63,828 nt of DNA, filler included, from Rozella allomycis CSF55 (GCA_000442015.1; 9 parts of 9 records of this genome joined end to end with filler, not necessarily neighbours in it); one strand, 5' to 3'; shown: positions 50,039 to 62,865, counted from the first letter of the whole stretch. Notes: generated by a model not told the origin, from the letters alone. Translations and numbers: made by a program.

Positions 50039-51787
50039 TTATTCAATTATTTCATACGACCATATTCTTGCTCTACAGTCACCCGATCCAGTTGCGAAAA
50101 GCGAGCCATGAGGACTTTGCGTCACTGAAATCACTAGATGAAAATAGAAAACACATTGTACCAGAATTTTTATGACCTTGAAGAATAGCATGCATTTCAG
50201 CCGTCTGAGGATCCCAAAATTGAACCCTGAATAAAGTCAAAGGATAATAGTTACGATCTGTCTTTGGATCCAGATATGGCCCACATTCCATCATTTGAGT
50301 ACGCAACAGAAAGAACATAATCTTTGTGTCCTTCAAATGTGTGCTTGCAAGCGTCTTTGATTTCAGAGTTTAAATCCCAAATTTTTAAGGTTTTATCAAG
50401 AGATCCAGACAAAATCATCTGACCGTTAGGGGAAAACGCAACTGAATAGACAGAATCTTTATGTCCTTCAAGTTTATCAATCGGCTTTCCACTTTCTGCG
50501 TCCCATAATCGAATCGTTTTGTCGAGAGAGCCGGCGGCTATTAACGTTCCATCGGGACTATACGCTACTGATGTTATTCCGCCCTCTTTTTGACTTCCAT
50601 CGTCACTAGAAAGAATATGAACAGCCTATAAATATATCTAAAAATTATTACTTCCCCAGATTCAACGTCCCAAATCCTGGCAGTCCTATCGCCACTTCCA
50701 GATATGACGAAACGTCCATCTTTCGAAAACTCCAGGGAATAAATATCTTGCTCATGACCGTGAAATATTTTCTTTAGTGTCTTTTCTTCCAAGTCCCATA
50801 TCTATTAACAATTTTTTTTTCGAAAATTTACCCTAACTGCCTTATCTTCAGCCCCGGTAGCAAGAAATTTGCCATCTTTACTGAAAGCCACAGATCTGAT
50901 GTATAAATCTCCTTCTCCAGCATTTTCATCTTCTAATACACTCTCAAAATTTATAATATCCCTTACGCTATCTTATCACCAGTTTCAACATCAAATATTT
51001 GAGTTGTTTTATTACAACCGGTAGCTAAAAATTTGGCATCATCACTAAACTTCACACAGCACACTACACTCAAATGATCAATCGAATGATGTAATTCAAT
51101 GTTAATTTTTCGTGGCATATTTGGATTGTATCTATTGGAAAATAATATTAAGCGTTACATGACATTCCAGTCATTTCCCTCTTTTTTATGAGTAGTAGGA
51201 ACTTGGCTCGGGTCGATATTATGAAAAAATGATTTCTTTGGATCAGGCAAAGCCTTCACAACTTGGGGTTGTGACTTTGGCACCATAGGTTTCACAGGAA
51301 ATGTTGGTGGTACAGAATTTGATTGAATATCTTATTAAAAATAAATACAATAATTTACTTGACGCTGGTAAAGAAGGCAGAGAAACTGACGATGAACTTT
51401 CTTCCAACCTAGGGCGTTTTAGGGTTACTGCTGGATCTCCCCCTCTCGCTTCTAGTTCTTTTTTTAATTTAAATATTTCGTCCTCATATCTTAAAAAATC
51501 AGACTCTACATTTTACTGTTGTTTCATTTTTAGATGAGCTCTCTCCAGCTCATAGACGTTTTTTTGGATCTGGATAATTTCATTTATTTGAGATTGAACT
51601 AAAAATAAGACAGACTATTTTTACATACCTAGAACTACTAAAAATATCAGCAAGTACCTTTATGTTCAAAAGATTCTCGTTGCACCGAAAGGTCTTGTGT
51701 AGATGTCTCATATTCCTGTTTTAGTGAATCCAATAGCTCATAAAAACGACTGGCTGAAGTTGTAGCCGCTGGCCGATGCCCATACAT
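50039..51787 (-). CDS. TUP1: General transcriptional corepressor Tup1
   Basis: Tup_[38 protein letters not shown]40 repeats; includes twin introns 51599-51657. Confidence 0.92.
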
Positions 51788-52068
51788 GTTCTTACCCTTG
51801 TCAAAACATTCTCACGCGTTGATAAATTTTTTTTCAGTGATCTAATTAGTCTCAAATTAAAATTTGGGAAATATATTTATCTCCAGAATCTCTAAAGACA
51901 AATTCCTTTTACAACATCTTGTAGTGCTAAATATTTCTACTATTGACATCGACCTTAAATTTAGAGTGAATTTTTTATATTTTAATTAATCCAATTCGTT
52001 TAATTTATAATTTTATTGTCTATTTTGCCCCGGTTTTGTACGGGCTAAAGTATCTTGAAAATTCGCAA

Positions 52069-52569
52069 ATGACAAGACCAACTGAGAAAAGGCATGTTTC
52101 GAATGGCCAAAGAAGCGATGACAGAAACTCAAATTTTCAAAATAAAAGAAGAATATTTGTGGATAATAAAAAAAGTTTGAGTGAGAGGTAAAGAATTAAT
52201 CATCTTTAATATAGGTAAATACCTTAGTAGTTACTTGAAAGGTTCCAGTCAGTTTCAGAGGAGCGTCGCAAAAATATGATAAGTAGAAAACGCGATAGGT
52301 TTTCAGTACCTGAAAAAATGCCAATGAAAAGGGACTTGAGGCCAAGAGGCTCGAATTCAAATTTTCACGGCAGAGGAAATTTTAGAGGTTCATCAAGTGC
52401 ATCAAGAAGCAAAAATCTATCCAGAATCTCGAGAAATAATAAAATGCCTCTTGACAAAGAAAAGCTCGATGCGGATTTAGACAAATACATGATGAAAAAT
52501 GAGAACTTCGCAAAGGCAAAGCTAGACGAAGAGTTGGATAATTACATGGCTATGGACGAGAAAGAATAA
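52069..52569 (+). CDS. CHTOP/FoP-duplication RNA-binding protein
   Basis: SLSERF motif after splicing, RG-rich middle, duplicated LDADLDKYM/LDEELDNYM. Confidence 0.75.
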
Positions 52570-52633
52570 ATAAATGCCAATTTTTACCAATCTTCTTTGT
52601 TTATTTTGTTACTTCGCCACATTGACATAAGTT

Positions 52634-53375
52634 ATGCATTTATTTGGTAGGGCGAAGCCAAAAAGCACTCCTAAAGATGCTATAGCAACTCTAAGAGATG
52701 CACTGGAAATGTTAGATAAACGAGAAAAACACCTTGAGGTGAGGTATAATAATGAAACAAAAATGGCCCAGCAAAATGCTAAGAATAAAACAGGTAAAAA
52801 CATTTTCCCTCAAATTACACAGGTAAATTAAAACCTCTTAAGTTAGTTAGTGGCTCTAATGGCGCTAAAACGCAGAAAACAAATCTCAAATGAAATGGCC
52901 AAGGTTTCGGCGTCCAAAATGTCTTTAGAAGCACAAATGATGACGTTGGAAAATGCGAATCTGAATCTGGAAACCCTTAAGGCAATGAAGACAGGTTCTG
53001 AAGCACTGAAAAACATCCATGGTGCCATGTAATATATTCTCAAAGCTGTTATTTAGGGATATAAACAAGGTAGATGCAACCATGGATGAAATTCGGGACC
53101 AAATGGATATTGCCAATGAAATTTCTGAGGCAATCGCACAACCTCTTGGAAATGTTCTTGATGAAGACGAGCTATTAGAAGAGCTAGAAGAATTGGAGGC
53201 CGAAGCCTTGCATCAAGAAATGACTGAAAAGCCCACAACTGTCCCTAATCTACCTAAACCTGGTAATAGTCGATTATTTCATATTACAACAGTTAAAGTC
53301 GGACAATCCTCATCTGAGGAGAAGTTGGAAGATGAAGATGCAGAATTAGAGTTACTACGTGCATCCATGACTTAA
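52634..53375 (+). CDS. SNF7: ESCRT-III subunit Snf7/Vps32
   Basis: AIATLRDALEMLDKREKHL, ALKRRK, DKVDATMDEI, DEDELLEELEEL. Confidence 0.93.
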
Positions 53376-53568
53376 TTAAACAAAAACAATAAATAAACAT
53401 AATACCAGCTCTCCAGCTCTAAAATATAGTAATTTTTGCTATGATTTGTCTAATGTAACAAAGATGGTAGGTACTCATAATTTTTCATATATATATATTT
53501 AATATGCATTATCAGATTAAACATTTTATGATTCTCATTTCAGACAAAAGGTAAACAAACCACGGTCA

Positions 53569-54888
53569 ATGAGGACAGTCAGTCTGGTAATGGTTGCATT
53601 GCTTATGTTCCCAAATACGGTATACACATCTTCATGGCTTTCATGTCCCTTATCTTTTAATCCAAACAGCAAGAGAGGTGGAGAGTTGATAGGACCATGC
53701 GAAGTTCCTGTAGAACCAGTCGCCGTAACCCAAGTCCGGGCGGGTGATAGACTTAAAGTTGGTTGGCCTTCAAATAATAACGGCGGGGGATATGTTCGCT
53801 TATCTTTGGTGCCGGAATCTCAGTTCGATGATGCATCCGCTTTCGAAAAAAATGTGCTCAAATTAGGTTGTTTTGGACATGACCAACGTTCGGGTAAATT
53901 TAAATCCGGTGTATGTGTTCATCCTTGCAATGGTAGGCCGGGCTGTCAATTTCAGTCTTCTGTAAATGACAATGAACGTTATGATACAACAATTTCAATT
54001 CCTTTCAATATTCCCAATGGTTTATACATTTTGCAATGGGTTGCATTGATAGGAAATAATGTTAGGCCATACTACAGTTGTGCTAAACTTTCAGTAACAG
54101 GCGGGAATGTCAGTATTAATTGTAACGTGCCAAAGTCCATCAACATTCCAACTTGTATAAAGGCTTCCGGACCAACATCGAGTCAGATTTTGCCGGAAGG
54201 ATCAAAATATGGAAACTTCTGCTATGGTTCTCAAGGATCATCTAATATTGATTATAACATTAGCCAGAAACCTGCAAATGCAAATTGTGATCCCAGGGTT
54301 TCTTGTTCTTTATCTGTTTCCGAAAGTATTTGTAAACAAGAAATAACGCAAAATTTTGATTCCAACAACCCCTTTATTAAAAGTTGTCCCATTGATTCGA
54401 CTGCAACAAAGACTACGACAATGTCATCAACTGTTACGTCTACCCTTACTTTATCCAGTAGCACATTTACTACACGTCCATCGACGACTACATTGATTAC
54501 AACAGTAACAAAAAGTACTACCAAGATTTCATCGACTACTTCTGCAACTAAAACTACTATTCCGACAACTACTGCAACAACAGTAATTAAAACTACTACA
54601 AAGATTACGTCAACTACTGAAACTACAACAAACGTTCCATCAACCTCTCCAACCAAGACTACCAATTTACCGACATCTACTCCTCCATCTCCGACCTGCC
54701 CAATAAATGGACAAAAGTGCAACATATCTCCAGATAAATTCTTCTGCGTAGGAAAGGCTATTGGAAGATGTGTTTCTAATCAATATGTAGTGTTCAACTG
54801 CGCGCCTGGGACAAAATGTAGAATTGTAAGTGGAACGGCGATATGTGATTTTGATGACAAAAAACCTGACGCGCCTTGTTTATTTTAA
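53569..54888 (+). CDS. Secreted EnP1-like / LPMO-like Cys-rich protein with Thr-rich linker and CBM19-like C-terminal domain
   Basis: Signal peptide; AGDRLKVGW..YVRLSLVPE..FEKNV..YILQW..YYSCAKLSVTGG; CVSNQYVVFNCAPGTKC. Confidence 0.65.
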   Translation: MRTVSLVMVALLMFPNTVYTSSWLSCPLSFNPNSKRGGELIGPCEVPVEPVAVTQVRAGDRLKVGWPSNNNGGGYVRLSLVPESQFDDASAFEKNVLKLGCFGHDQRSGKFKSGVCVHPCNGRPGCQFQSSVNDNERYDTTISIPFNIPNGLYILQWVALIGNNVRPYYSCAKLSVTGGNVSINCNVPKSINIPTCIKASGPTSSQILPEGSKYGNFCYGSQGSSNIDYNISQKPANANCDPRVSCSLSVSESICKQEITQNFDSNNPFIKSCPIDSTATKTTTMSSTVTSTLTLSSSTFTTRPSTTTLITTVTKSTTKISSTTSATKTTIPTTTATTVIKTTTKITSTTETTTNVPSTSPTKTTNLPTSTPPSPTCPINGQKCNISPDKFFCVGKAIGRCVSNQYVVFNCAPGTKCRIVSGTAICDFDDKKPDAPCLF

Positions 54889-54924
54889 TAAAATATAAAT
54901 ATTATAAGAAATGTTCGGTGTTTA

Positions 54925-56897
54925 TTAAGTTTGAGTTAAGTTGTCTATCAGATGATTGTGTTCTACGGAAGGAGGCTTGTTATCATGACATGTTTCAATT
55001 GACTTATACCAGGCATCTTCCATTATGTCGTTAACGTTTATTCTCTTTTTACAATCCGGTTCAAGAATCTTAAACATAAGTTCTTTGGCGCCACTAGGTA
55101 ACCGGGCTAATGGTTCAAACTGAATACCTCTGTGCTCAACGAAATAACAATAATTAGGGTCTTCAATAGTAGCTTTGGCCCAAGGTATACCCCTAAAAGT
55201 TGTTGCGTAATAAATGATCCCACACGCCCAAATGTCAACTAACCGAGCGTCATACTCAGTTTGGGTGAATTCTTCTGGTGCAATGTACGGAGTTGAGCCA
55301 CAGACCCCTTTAGATAAATGAGGCTTCTTCTCCCAGCATATTCTAAACACTTCGGAGACTCCAAAGTCAGTTATCTTTAGCCTTCCATGCATGTCAATCA
55401 ATAAATTTTCAGGTTTCAAATCTCTATGAGCAACACCAACTGAATGAAGGTAACTAACTCCTTGAATAAGTTGCTTGAAACAGCAATCAATTTCTACAAC
55501 CGTCATCTGCCCACCACGAATAATCGAATACAAATCTCCACCTTTTGACAAACAAAGGAAGGTTATTTACCTGAATAGTATTCCATCACCTCATACCAAT
55601 GGCTTCCATCACGAATAATATCCAAAGTTTCAACAACATTCATATGATGCAACATGGACCCTATGCAATATTCGGAAGTCATTTTCTTTATGTAGTCTCG
55701 ATACGCTTCATCCTTTTTCTTCTTTCGAAATTCTTTTATTGCAAATACTTTCTCTCCAGCTCCACGCCTAGCTAATCTCACAGTACCACCAGCGCCTTTT
55801 CCTATAACCTTAGTGCTAAATATGTGATAGTCATCGAATGTATGAGGTTCCATTGGAAGTAGTTTAGGGTTGGAATTGGAAGCGGAATCATCATCATGTG
55901 CTTGTTGAGTTTGCTTTCTTTTAATCTTTGGTGAATTCAAAAGTTCTTTGATTGGATCTAAAATTCCTTTTTTATGCACTGAAACATCATGATGAGATCT
56001 AAACAAGTCAGTTTGACTGCCGCTTTTCGATAAAGAGGGTTCTGGAGTTATTCCACGGGAATTATCGTCATCGTTTGAAGGGCTCAACTTGAGTGTATTC
56101 TTATCTTTATCATGATCGTTATGCGAATGAAAATCACTCTGGGAGGATGAGTTTAATAAATGACTAATATGAGTCTTGGAAAACAATTTCTTCATGTCAC
56201 TTTGCTCATGAACAGAATCAGATGACGATCGTTCAGTTTTTCGTAAAATATTCGGTGATGCATCCCTGGAGGAATGACTTGTTATTCCATTAGATCTTGA
56301 AGAAGCGGCGCGCTTTAGTTTCGGTGAAGTAGCACGGCTAGAATCCGCCGGTGTATGAGCCCCAGATAAACTAAATAACTTAAACTTAAACCGATTTTTC
56401 TTTGTGCCTTCTTGTGTAGTTGACTCTTCACTCTCAATTGATTGTTCGCATTCCATTGTATGGTCTTTTTGCCGGTGGACGCTGGACTCATGACTTTCAG
56501 ATGAAATGCAACCAATCTACTTACCTTTCGAATGAATTGAATCAGGTATAATTGAATGAGATGAATCAGCATTCAATAACTCTTTAATATCTTCATTTTC
56601 ATCGACAGCGCTATTAGTGCTTTTTATAAACGACGGCAACTTTTTCATACTGCTATTGCTTCTTTTTCTGTCCAAATATTTTTCCAAATTATTTTTGGAG
56701 TTATTCCAATGAATTATATTTCCAAGCAAATCATAGGCCACGTCCGAACCAATGAGGAATGGCGTTTCGCATTTACAAACCTCAGCGCACGATGAACAAA
56801 GCCAAAAAGCATCAGAGAATTGGCCTCTGGCGGAAAATTCAGCACTAGTTAATGCGGCAGTACATATCAATGGCATATTAAATTCCAACAAGCCCAT
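54925..56897 (-). CDS. Ser/Thr kinase, Sat4/Hal4/Npr1-type; 5' extent uncertain
   Basis: [44 protein letters not shown]. Confidence 0.85.
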
Positions 56898-56981
56898 CTC
56901 GACGCCAACGAAAATGACGCCGATTGGCGAATGGAAAATTCGGTTTTAGAAAAAACAAAGCAATACGATATAAAATATTTA

Positions 56982-57855
56982 TTATTGCACAAAACTATTA
57001 TCTGAGTATTTTTCTATTCTATGCAGAATTTCTATACAATCAAACATATACTGATACCTTCGATACTTTTCGAGGATACTTGAAAATCTTCACAGAACTT
57101 ATATCAGAATTGTATCAGTTGGCTTACCAATATTGGTTTTATATTTATGCCTTGAGAATGTAAACTTGCTAAAATGCAACTTACTGCTATCTCCCTTCCC
57201 GAGTATTTGGTGTAAAACCTGTCAAGGAAGCTTTGTGACAAAAATAAATGAAATTACGAATCATTAGCTATTCTCATGCAATATTCAATTAAAGAATGAG
57301 CAAAGCGCTCAAAGTCATATGCTGAATTAAGCAAGTAACCGGTATTTACTATTATTAAACTTTTTTTTGACGGGCAATAATGTATCACGTAAGTATCGCA
57401 TGATATAAAAATGAGGCATATCTACGTCAAGATCAAAATTGAGAATGCGCAAAACTAACAGTTCGCTTTCGAAAATAGAATCCCTGATCTTCCAGTATTC
57501 CTATATTATAGAAGTAGTAAATTTACATCGCCAATAGATATGGGTTGGTTCCCATCATGAAAAATAACTCTATCTTATTTCGATGTCAGCATCCCTACCT
57601 ATATGCTGAATTTATAATGTTTCGAAGGTTATGTAGTTCTTCTGTAGTTTTGGTACCCAGATAAAAGCACGTAACCGCTAAAAGATACTCCTCAACGTGG
57701 AAGTCGTTAGCCTTTTCCATGTACTCTCTTACTCTATGGAAATAATATTGAGAAGTACATATCGTTATTGTCGAGCTAATTATAAAGAAATTTTTCATTT
57801 ACACTCTTAACGATTTCCCAAGGTAACGTATCAGGAGGACTGATGAGAGTCTCAT
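56982..57855 (-). CDS. Transcriptional cyclin, cyclin Q/FAM58-like
   Basis: YYFHR, CFYLGTKTTE, EYWKIRDSIFESELLVLRILNFDL; several 26-30 nt introns. Confidence 0.7.
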
Positions 57856-58009
57856 GTCTAAGCCTTCTGCCGGTAATGCAAAAAAATCACTATTCAGGCA
57901 AAAGTATCTGGATTAGGATTATATTCACAAATCACAATTATAATGCATTCGATAAATTTGATTTCAAGTGCCGAAATACTCTCAACATCAATGACATGGG
58001 TCACAACGT

Positions 58010-58417
58010 ATGAAAAGGAAATTACATGACTCCAACCTTACTGTCTTTGACATAAAGGAGTTAAATTGTAATTACAAGGTTCATTATCAACAGCCCTTGC
58101 TACTTGGTTTTTTCAGCTATGATAAAGAAAGAGAACTCCGTATTGGGTGTCAGTCTTCATTAAATGTGTACCACGAAGCTATTTTGCCTGTTGATTTAAA
58201 CTCAAATCAAGAAAATTTTATACAAAAAAGGGAGCAACCAGAGCAACTTGATGCAGTATTTGAGACTTTGCTTTATAACAAAAAAGTTCTGATGCATTAT
58301 TTGCAAAAACGACCTACGATAATTTCTTGGAGAGGAATTATGACAAAACTGATGAACGCAGAAGATTCAAAGAATGATTTTTCTCTTAAAATAGTGTCCG
58401 TTAATGTAAGTCTTTAT
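58010..58417 (+). CDS. RAI1: Rai1/Dxo decapping exonuclease (5' part, truncated by gap)
   Basis: YQQPLLLGFFSYD, ISWRGIMTKLM. Confidence 0.75.
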
Positions 58418-59707
58418 NNNNNNNNNNNNNNNNNNNNNNNNNNNNNNNNNNNNNNNNNNNNTTAATTAATTAANNNNNNNNNNNNNNNNNNNNNNNNNNN
58501 NNNNNNNNNNNNNNNNNAAATAATTAAACAATGCAATCAGACTTTAAAAATACATGTACGCATGAAACACCAATTTATAATTCAACGACAAATATGATAT
58601 GACTTATATTTCTATCAACTCAATTAAATGCCTTTAATAACAAAGTAAACTCATTGTAAATTAATTACCTTCTATTTTGAAACAACCATCATGTTTTCTT
58701 TAACAGGAGCCCTACGTGAAACCCTAATAGGCATAAAAGCTTCGAATATTTCTTTCATAAATATGTATATAATATTCATATTATATATTTACTATAAAAA
58801 TTATTGTAATCTAGTTATTGTCTTTTTGGTGTTCTTCTTATGTCTTTGAAATTTCGTATTTCTTTTTGATTTAAAAAGAAACTACTTTTTGTTATTCTAT
58901 ATTCGCTAAAGCTTTCGGATAAAAATGTTACAAAGCATTTTACTATGAAAATTATTCCACGCTATTATAGTATGTTCTTCCAAAAGCTACGTTCACCAAG
59001 GGCAGCATTTTTCGGATAACAGCTGCAAAAGTCGAACAAACTTTAGAGCGCATTATTATATGATTTATATGATCTCATTAATTTAGATTTTGTCTAATCC
59101 ATAGAACGCAGGAGGACCTCTTCTTTCATGGTTGTTTCAAAATAGACGATAATTTATAAGAAATAATTTAAATTTGTTAAAAGAGGCATATTAATAGCTT
59201 CCTATCAACAGATATTGCTATTTAGAGAGGTTTAGTACAAGGTGATCTCATATATTTCTTTTCATCGTTGCATGATTGAACGAACCATTGTTAAAATTTG
59301 TTCACAAATAGATTAATTGTTTTAATATTAGATCTCCATATTTGATATTTTCTGCTCCATTTCCAATTCAAAAAGATTTATAAATTGTTATCAACCACGA
59401 AAAGGCTTTTGGCGGGTCCTAAATCTAAAGTTTTGCTGTTTTCAAATAATTCTAAAAGTATTTTTATTCTGGCCAAACATTACACAAAAATTAAGGTTTT
59501 ATAATTTATTATCAAATAAATATTTACTCGGCATGTTTCCCATGTCTCAGTAGATAAATTATACTGACTAAAACAAAGAGACAATATAAGAAGTTGTTTT
59601 CAGTGANNNNNNNNNNNNNNNNNNNNNNNNNNNNNNNNNNNNNNNNNNNNTTAATTAATTAANNNNNNNNNNNNNNNNNNNNNNNNNNNNNNNNNNNNNN
59701 NNNNNNC

Positions 59708-60187
59708 AATTTTCTTCGTTAAAATAGGTGATTTATTTGATAAGAGGGGGACTGTTTGAACACTTTCTTTCGAGACTTCCACATTTTCGTCAGGAATCGT
59801 GGTGATTTTCTTTAAGGGGGACCCCGATGTTGGCAAAGGGGGTAAATGAGCAGGAATTTTAGAAGAGGAAGGAAAATATGGAGATTCTGGCTTTTCTTTC
59901 TTTAATTCATCAAGAGATTTCTTTTCAAAGGAGTTTGAACTATTCTTTGAAAGTAAAGTTTCGCTAACCCTTCCAATAATTTTGGATCTCTGATTTTCAT
60001 TTTGATTTCCCAAAGCATCTGAACTTTTTGGGAACGAGTCTTGTTTTTTTAATAAATGTGTTGCCGATTCTGCTCTTATCCTATCTCCAGCTGTAATAAA
60101 ATTGGCTGGTGCTGCACTGCTTCTAGAATGTACCTTAACATATCTGAAATCTTTGCTCTCATTTGACTTTGCAGGTAATCCTGACAT
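59708..60187 (-). CDS. Hypothetical low-complexity N-terminal fragment
   Basis: Open frame running into gap. Confidence 0.5.
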
Positions 60188-60255
60188 GCTACCTAACTGC
60201 TAAACATAAACAAAACAATTTTTAGACCTGCCAAGCCGCAAGCTTAAACCTACAA

Positions 60256-61644
60256 ATGGAAGATTCACGATCATATGATTTAGACGTTATATTAAATAGT
60301 AGCGGGCCTTTTACTGGAGAGGGATTTGAATCTTCATCCTATGTAAGTATTTATAACGTTTTGAAAGAAGGATGATTCTTTCCTCAAGATAGCAAAAATA
60401 TTAGTAATCGGCGCTGGTGGTCTTGGTTGTGAACTTTTGAAAGACTTAGCATTGTCTGGTTTTACCGACATACACGTTATCGATATGGACACTATTGACG
60501 TTTCAAACTTAAACCGTCAGTTTCTTTTTACGTAAAATATGATTATATTTAATAAAGAGAAAAAGATGTAGGAAACCCCAAGTCTGTGGTTGCCGCCCAA
60601 GCGATTAATCGAGCAATACCAAGTGCTAGCATAACTCCACACTATTGCAAAATACAAGAAAAAGATGAATCATTCTATTCTCAATTTAATGTTATTGTTT
60701 GCGGATTAGATTCAGTTTCAGCACGCAGATGGATTAATGCATTATTGTGCCAGATGGTGAAATATGACGATGAGGGCAATGTTATACCGGATTCTATCAT
60801 TCCCTTGATTGATGGCGGAACAGAAGGATTTAAGGGACAAGCCAGGGTTATTTTGCCTAAGTTATCTTCGTGCTTTGAGTGTTCATTAGAAATGTTTCCA
60901 CCCCAAACAACTTTTCCGATGTGCACTATCGCGAACACTCCAAGACTACCAGAACATTGCATTGAATACGCCAGTGTCGTTGAATGGCCAAAGAATTTTC
61001 CAAGTAACATAACAATGTATTTGTGCAATAGATGTAAAAATGGATAAGGATAATGCGGAGCATATGAAGTGGCTTTATGAAACAGCGCTAACACGAGCCA
61101 ATCAGTTTAATATAAAAGGAGTTACCTACAGACTAACTTTGGGAGTAATTAAAAACATTATTCCAGCTATTGCCTCTACTAATGCCATCATCGCTGCTGC
61201 TTGTAGCTTAGAAGTGTTTAAACTTGTAACAAGAACATCAAACTTTCTTAATAACTACATGATGTATAATGGAATCGACGGGGTCTACACATATTCTTTT
61301 GAATATGAAAGAAAAGCGGATTGTGTAGCATGTGGGAATGACGCAAGTACTCTCTCTGTGGACCCTGCAATCAGCTTTGGTGATTTCATTGATCATTTCA
61401 TTCAAAATCATCCATCGTAAGTGCAACTTGTATTCTATATAGAAAATTTAAAACGCCTAGTTTCAGAACAGCTGAAAAGACTTTGTACATGCAAACTCCA
61501 CCATCACTAGAAGAAGCCACAAGACCAAATCTTTCGAAAAGTCTAAGAGAGCTTCTTCAAGAAAACACGACAATGATTGTTACTGACCCAAACCTACCAA
61601 TTATCTTATCCTTGACTATAAATTTTAAAAGGGAAAGACAATAA
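60256..61644 (+). CDS. UBA3: NEDD8-activating enzyme E1 catalytic subunit
   Basis: [49 protein letters not shown]; four introns. Confidence 0.95.
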
Positions 61645-61848
61645 AATAGTTTATTTAAATTAATCTATTTCCATTGATGTGATTGCTTGCTTGTAGATAC
61701 TCATGCTTCGTGCGACAAATGCTTCTAAGTGATAGACAGCCTTGCTACNNNNNNNNNNNNNNNNNNNNNNNNNNNNNNNNNNNNNNNNNNNNTTAATTAA
61801 TTAANNNNNNNNNNNNNNNNNNNNNNNNNNNNNNNNNNNNNNNNNNNN

Positions 61849-62205
61849 CGTAACATTGAGCACCTGGGGCTGGAATTCTTACCTAGAAAATACAAAGGGC
61901 CTACCCTCTATGGTAGGTTCTATACAATTACATTTCATGCAAAACCTTCAACAATTATTCCGATGACAAAGGTATTCTGGCATGACAAATCACTTGTGTC
62001 GTTTAATGTTGTTAAGAAGGGGGCTACGTTGAAAAGCCAATGTCTAGCTGAAATATATCCAAGGAAGGAAGATCCACCAGAGGAAATTATGGAGCAAATT
62101 CCTGAGGAGGATTTAGAAATGCAGATCGAAAACATTCATGATTATGCGAAAACTCCATTTCAAATGCTGAATGATTTGAGAACATTGAAATTGTCAAATA
62201 AATAA
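61849..62205 (+). CDS. Hypothetical protein, 3' fragment after gap
   Basis: Open frame. Confidence 0.35.
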   Translation, partial: RNIEHLGLEFLPRKYKGPTLYGRFYTITFHAKPSTIIPMTKVFWHDKSLVSFNVVKKGATLKSQCLAEIYPRKEDPPEEIMEQIPEEDLEMQIENIHDYAKTPFQMLNDLRTLKLSNK

Positions 62206-62280
62206 GACCTAATATGACTCGTTTTATTAAGATATTAAACGAATTGAATTTAATGAGATGCATGTAGCTCTCATTACTCA

Positions 62281-62865
62281 CTACCTAGATTTTGGTAGAA
62301 ATTTAAAGTAACATTCACGGGTTAGATTTTCCATATACTGCAAAAATGAAGCCGCCAAAAAGTCATCTGAAAATTGATTTTTACCATACCAGACTGTCCA
62401 TGAAGGGATAACCGCATGTGGACTTATAGTAGTGTTATCATTTATGTATGCCCCATCTTTTATAACTACAAATTCTCCAATCACACAATTCTTTCCGATA
62501 TAAACATTGGAGCCGATACTTGAAGCCTTAACTTGTGAATTTTCTCCAATGTATACATGATCGCCAATGCGAATAGGGTAAAATGCCTCAATACCGTTGA
62601 CAAGTCTTGCAGGCGGTATGATTTTGACTCCCTTGCTGATGTAACAATATTTCCCAATGCTTATAGCGAACTGAGATCCTTGCTTCTTAAGATCACCTCT
62701 TAGAATTGAACCAGAATTTACTATTGTTTTTCCAGCGATAGTAATGCTTTGACTACCATATATCGTACTTTTTCTACTAATTTTATTGCCACTGTCTGTT
62801 TGAATTATCTCATTAGGATCGTAGTACTCTAAAGGCCTCTCCATGTTTTGGAATTTTCCTTGCAT
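62281..62865 (-). CDS. DCTN5: Dynactin subunit 5 (p25)
   Basis: TDSGNKISRKSTIYGSQSI, LRGDL, hexapeptide left-handed beta-helix repeats. Confidence 0.92.
   Translation of the reverse strand: MQGKFQNMERPLEYYDPNEIIQTDSGNKISRKSTIYGSQSITIAGKTIVNSGSILRGDLKKQGSQFAISIGKYCYISKGVKIIPPARLVNGIEAFYPIRIGDHVYIGENSQVKASSIGSNVYIGKNCVIGEFVVIKDGAYINDNTTISPHAVIPSWTVWYGKNQFSDDFLAASFLQYMENLTRECYFKFLPKSR

Noticed and set aside
58980-59040. CGGATAACAGCTG as mitochondrial LSU rRNA (NUMT)
   Set aside because: Only a short motif matches; flanking conserved rRNA sequence is absent
61913-61939. Another possible 27-nt GT-TG intron
   Set aside because: In frame and stop-free with no homologue to test against, so it cannot be supported
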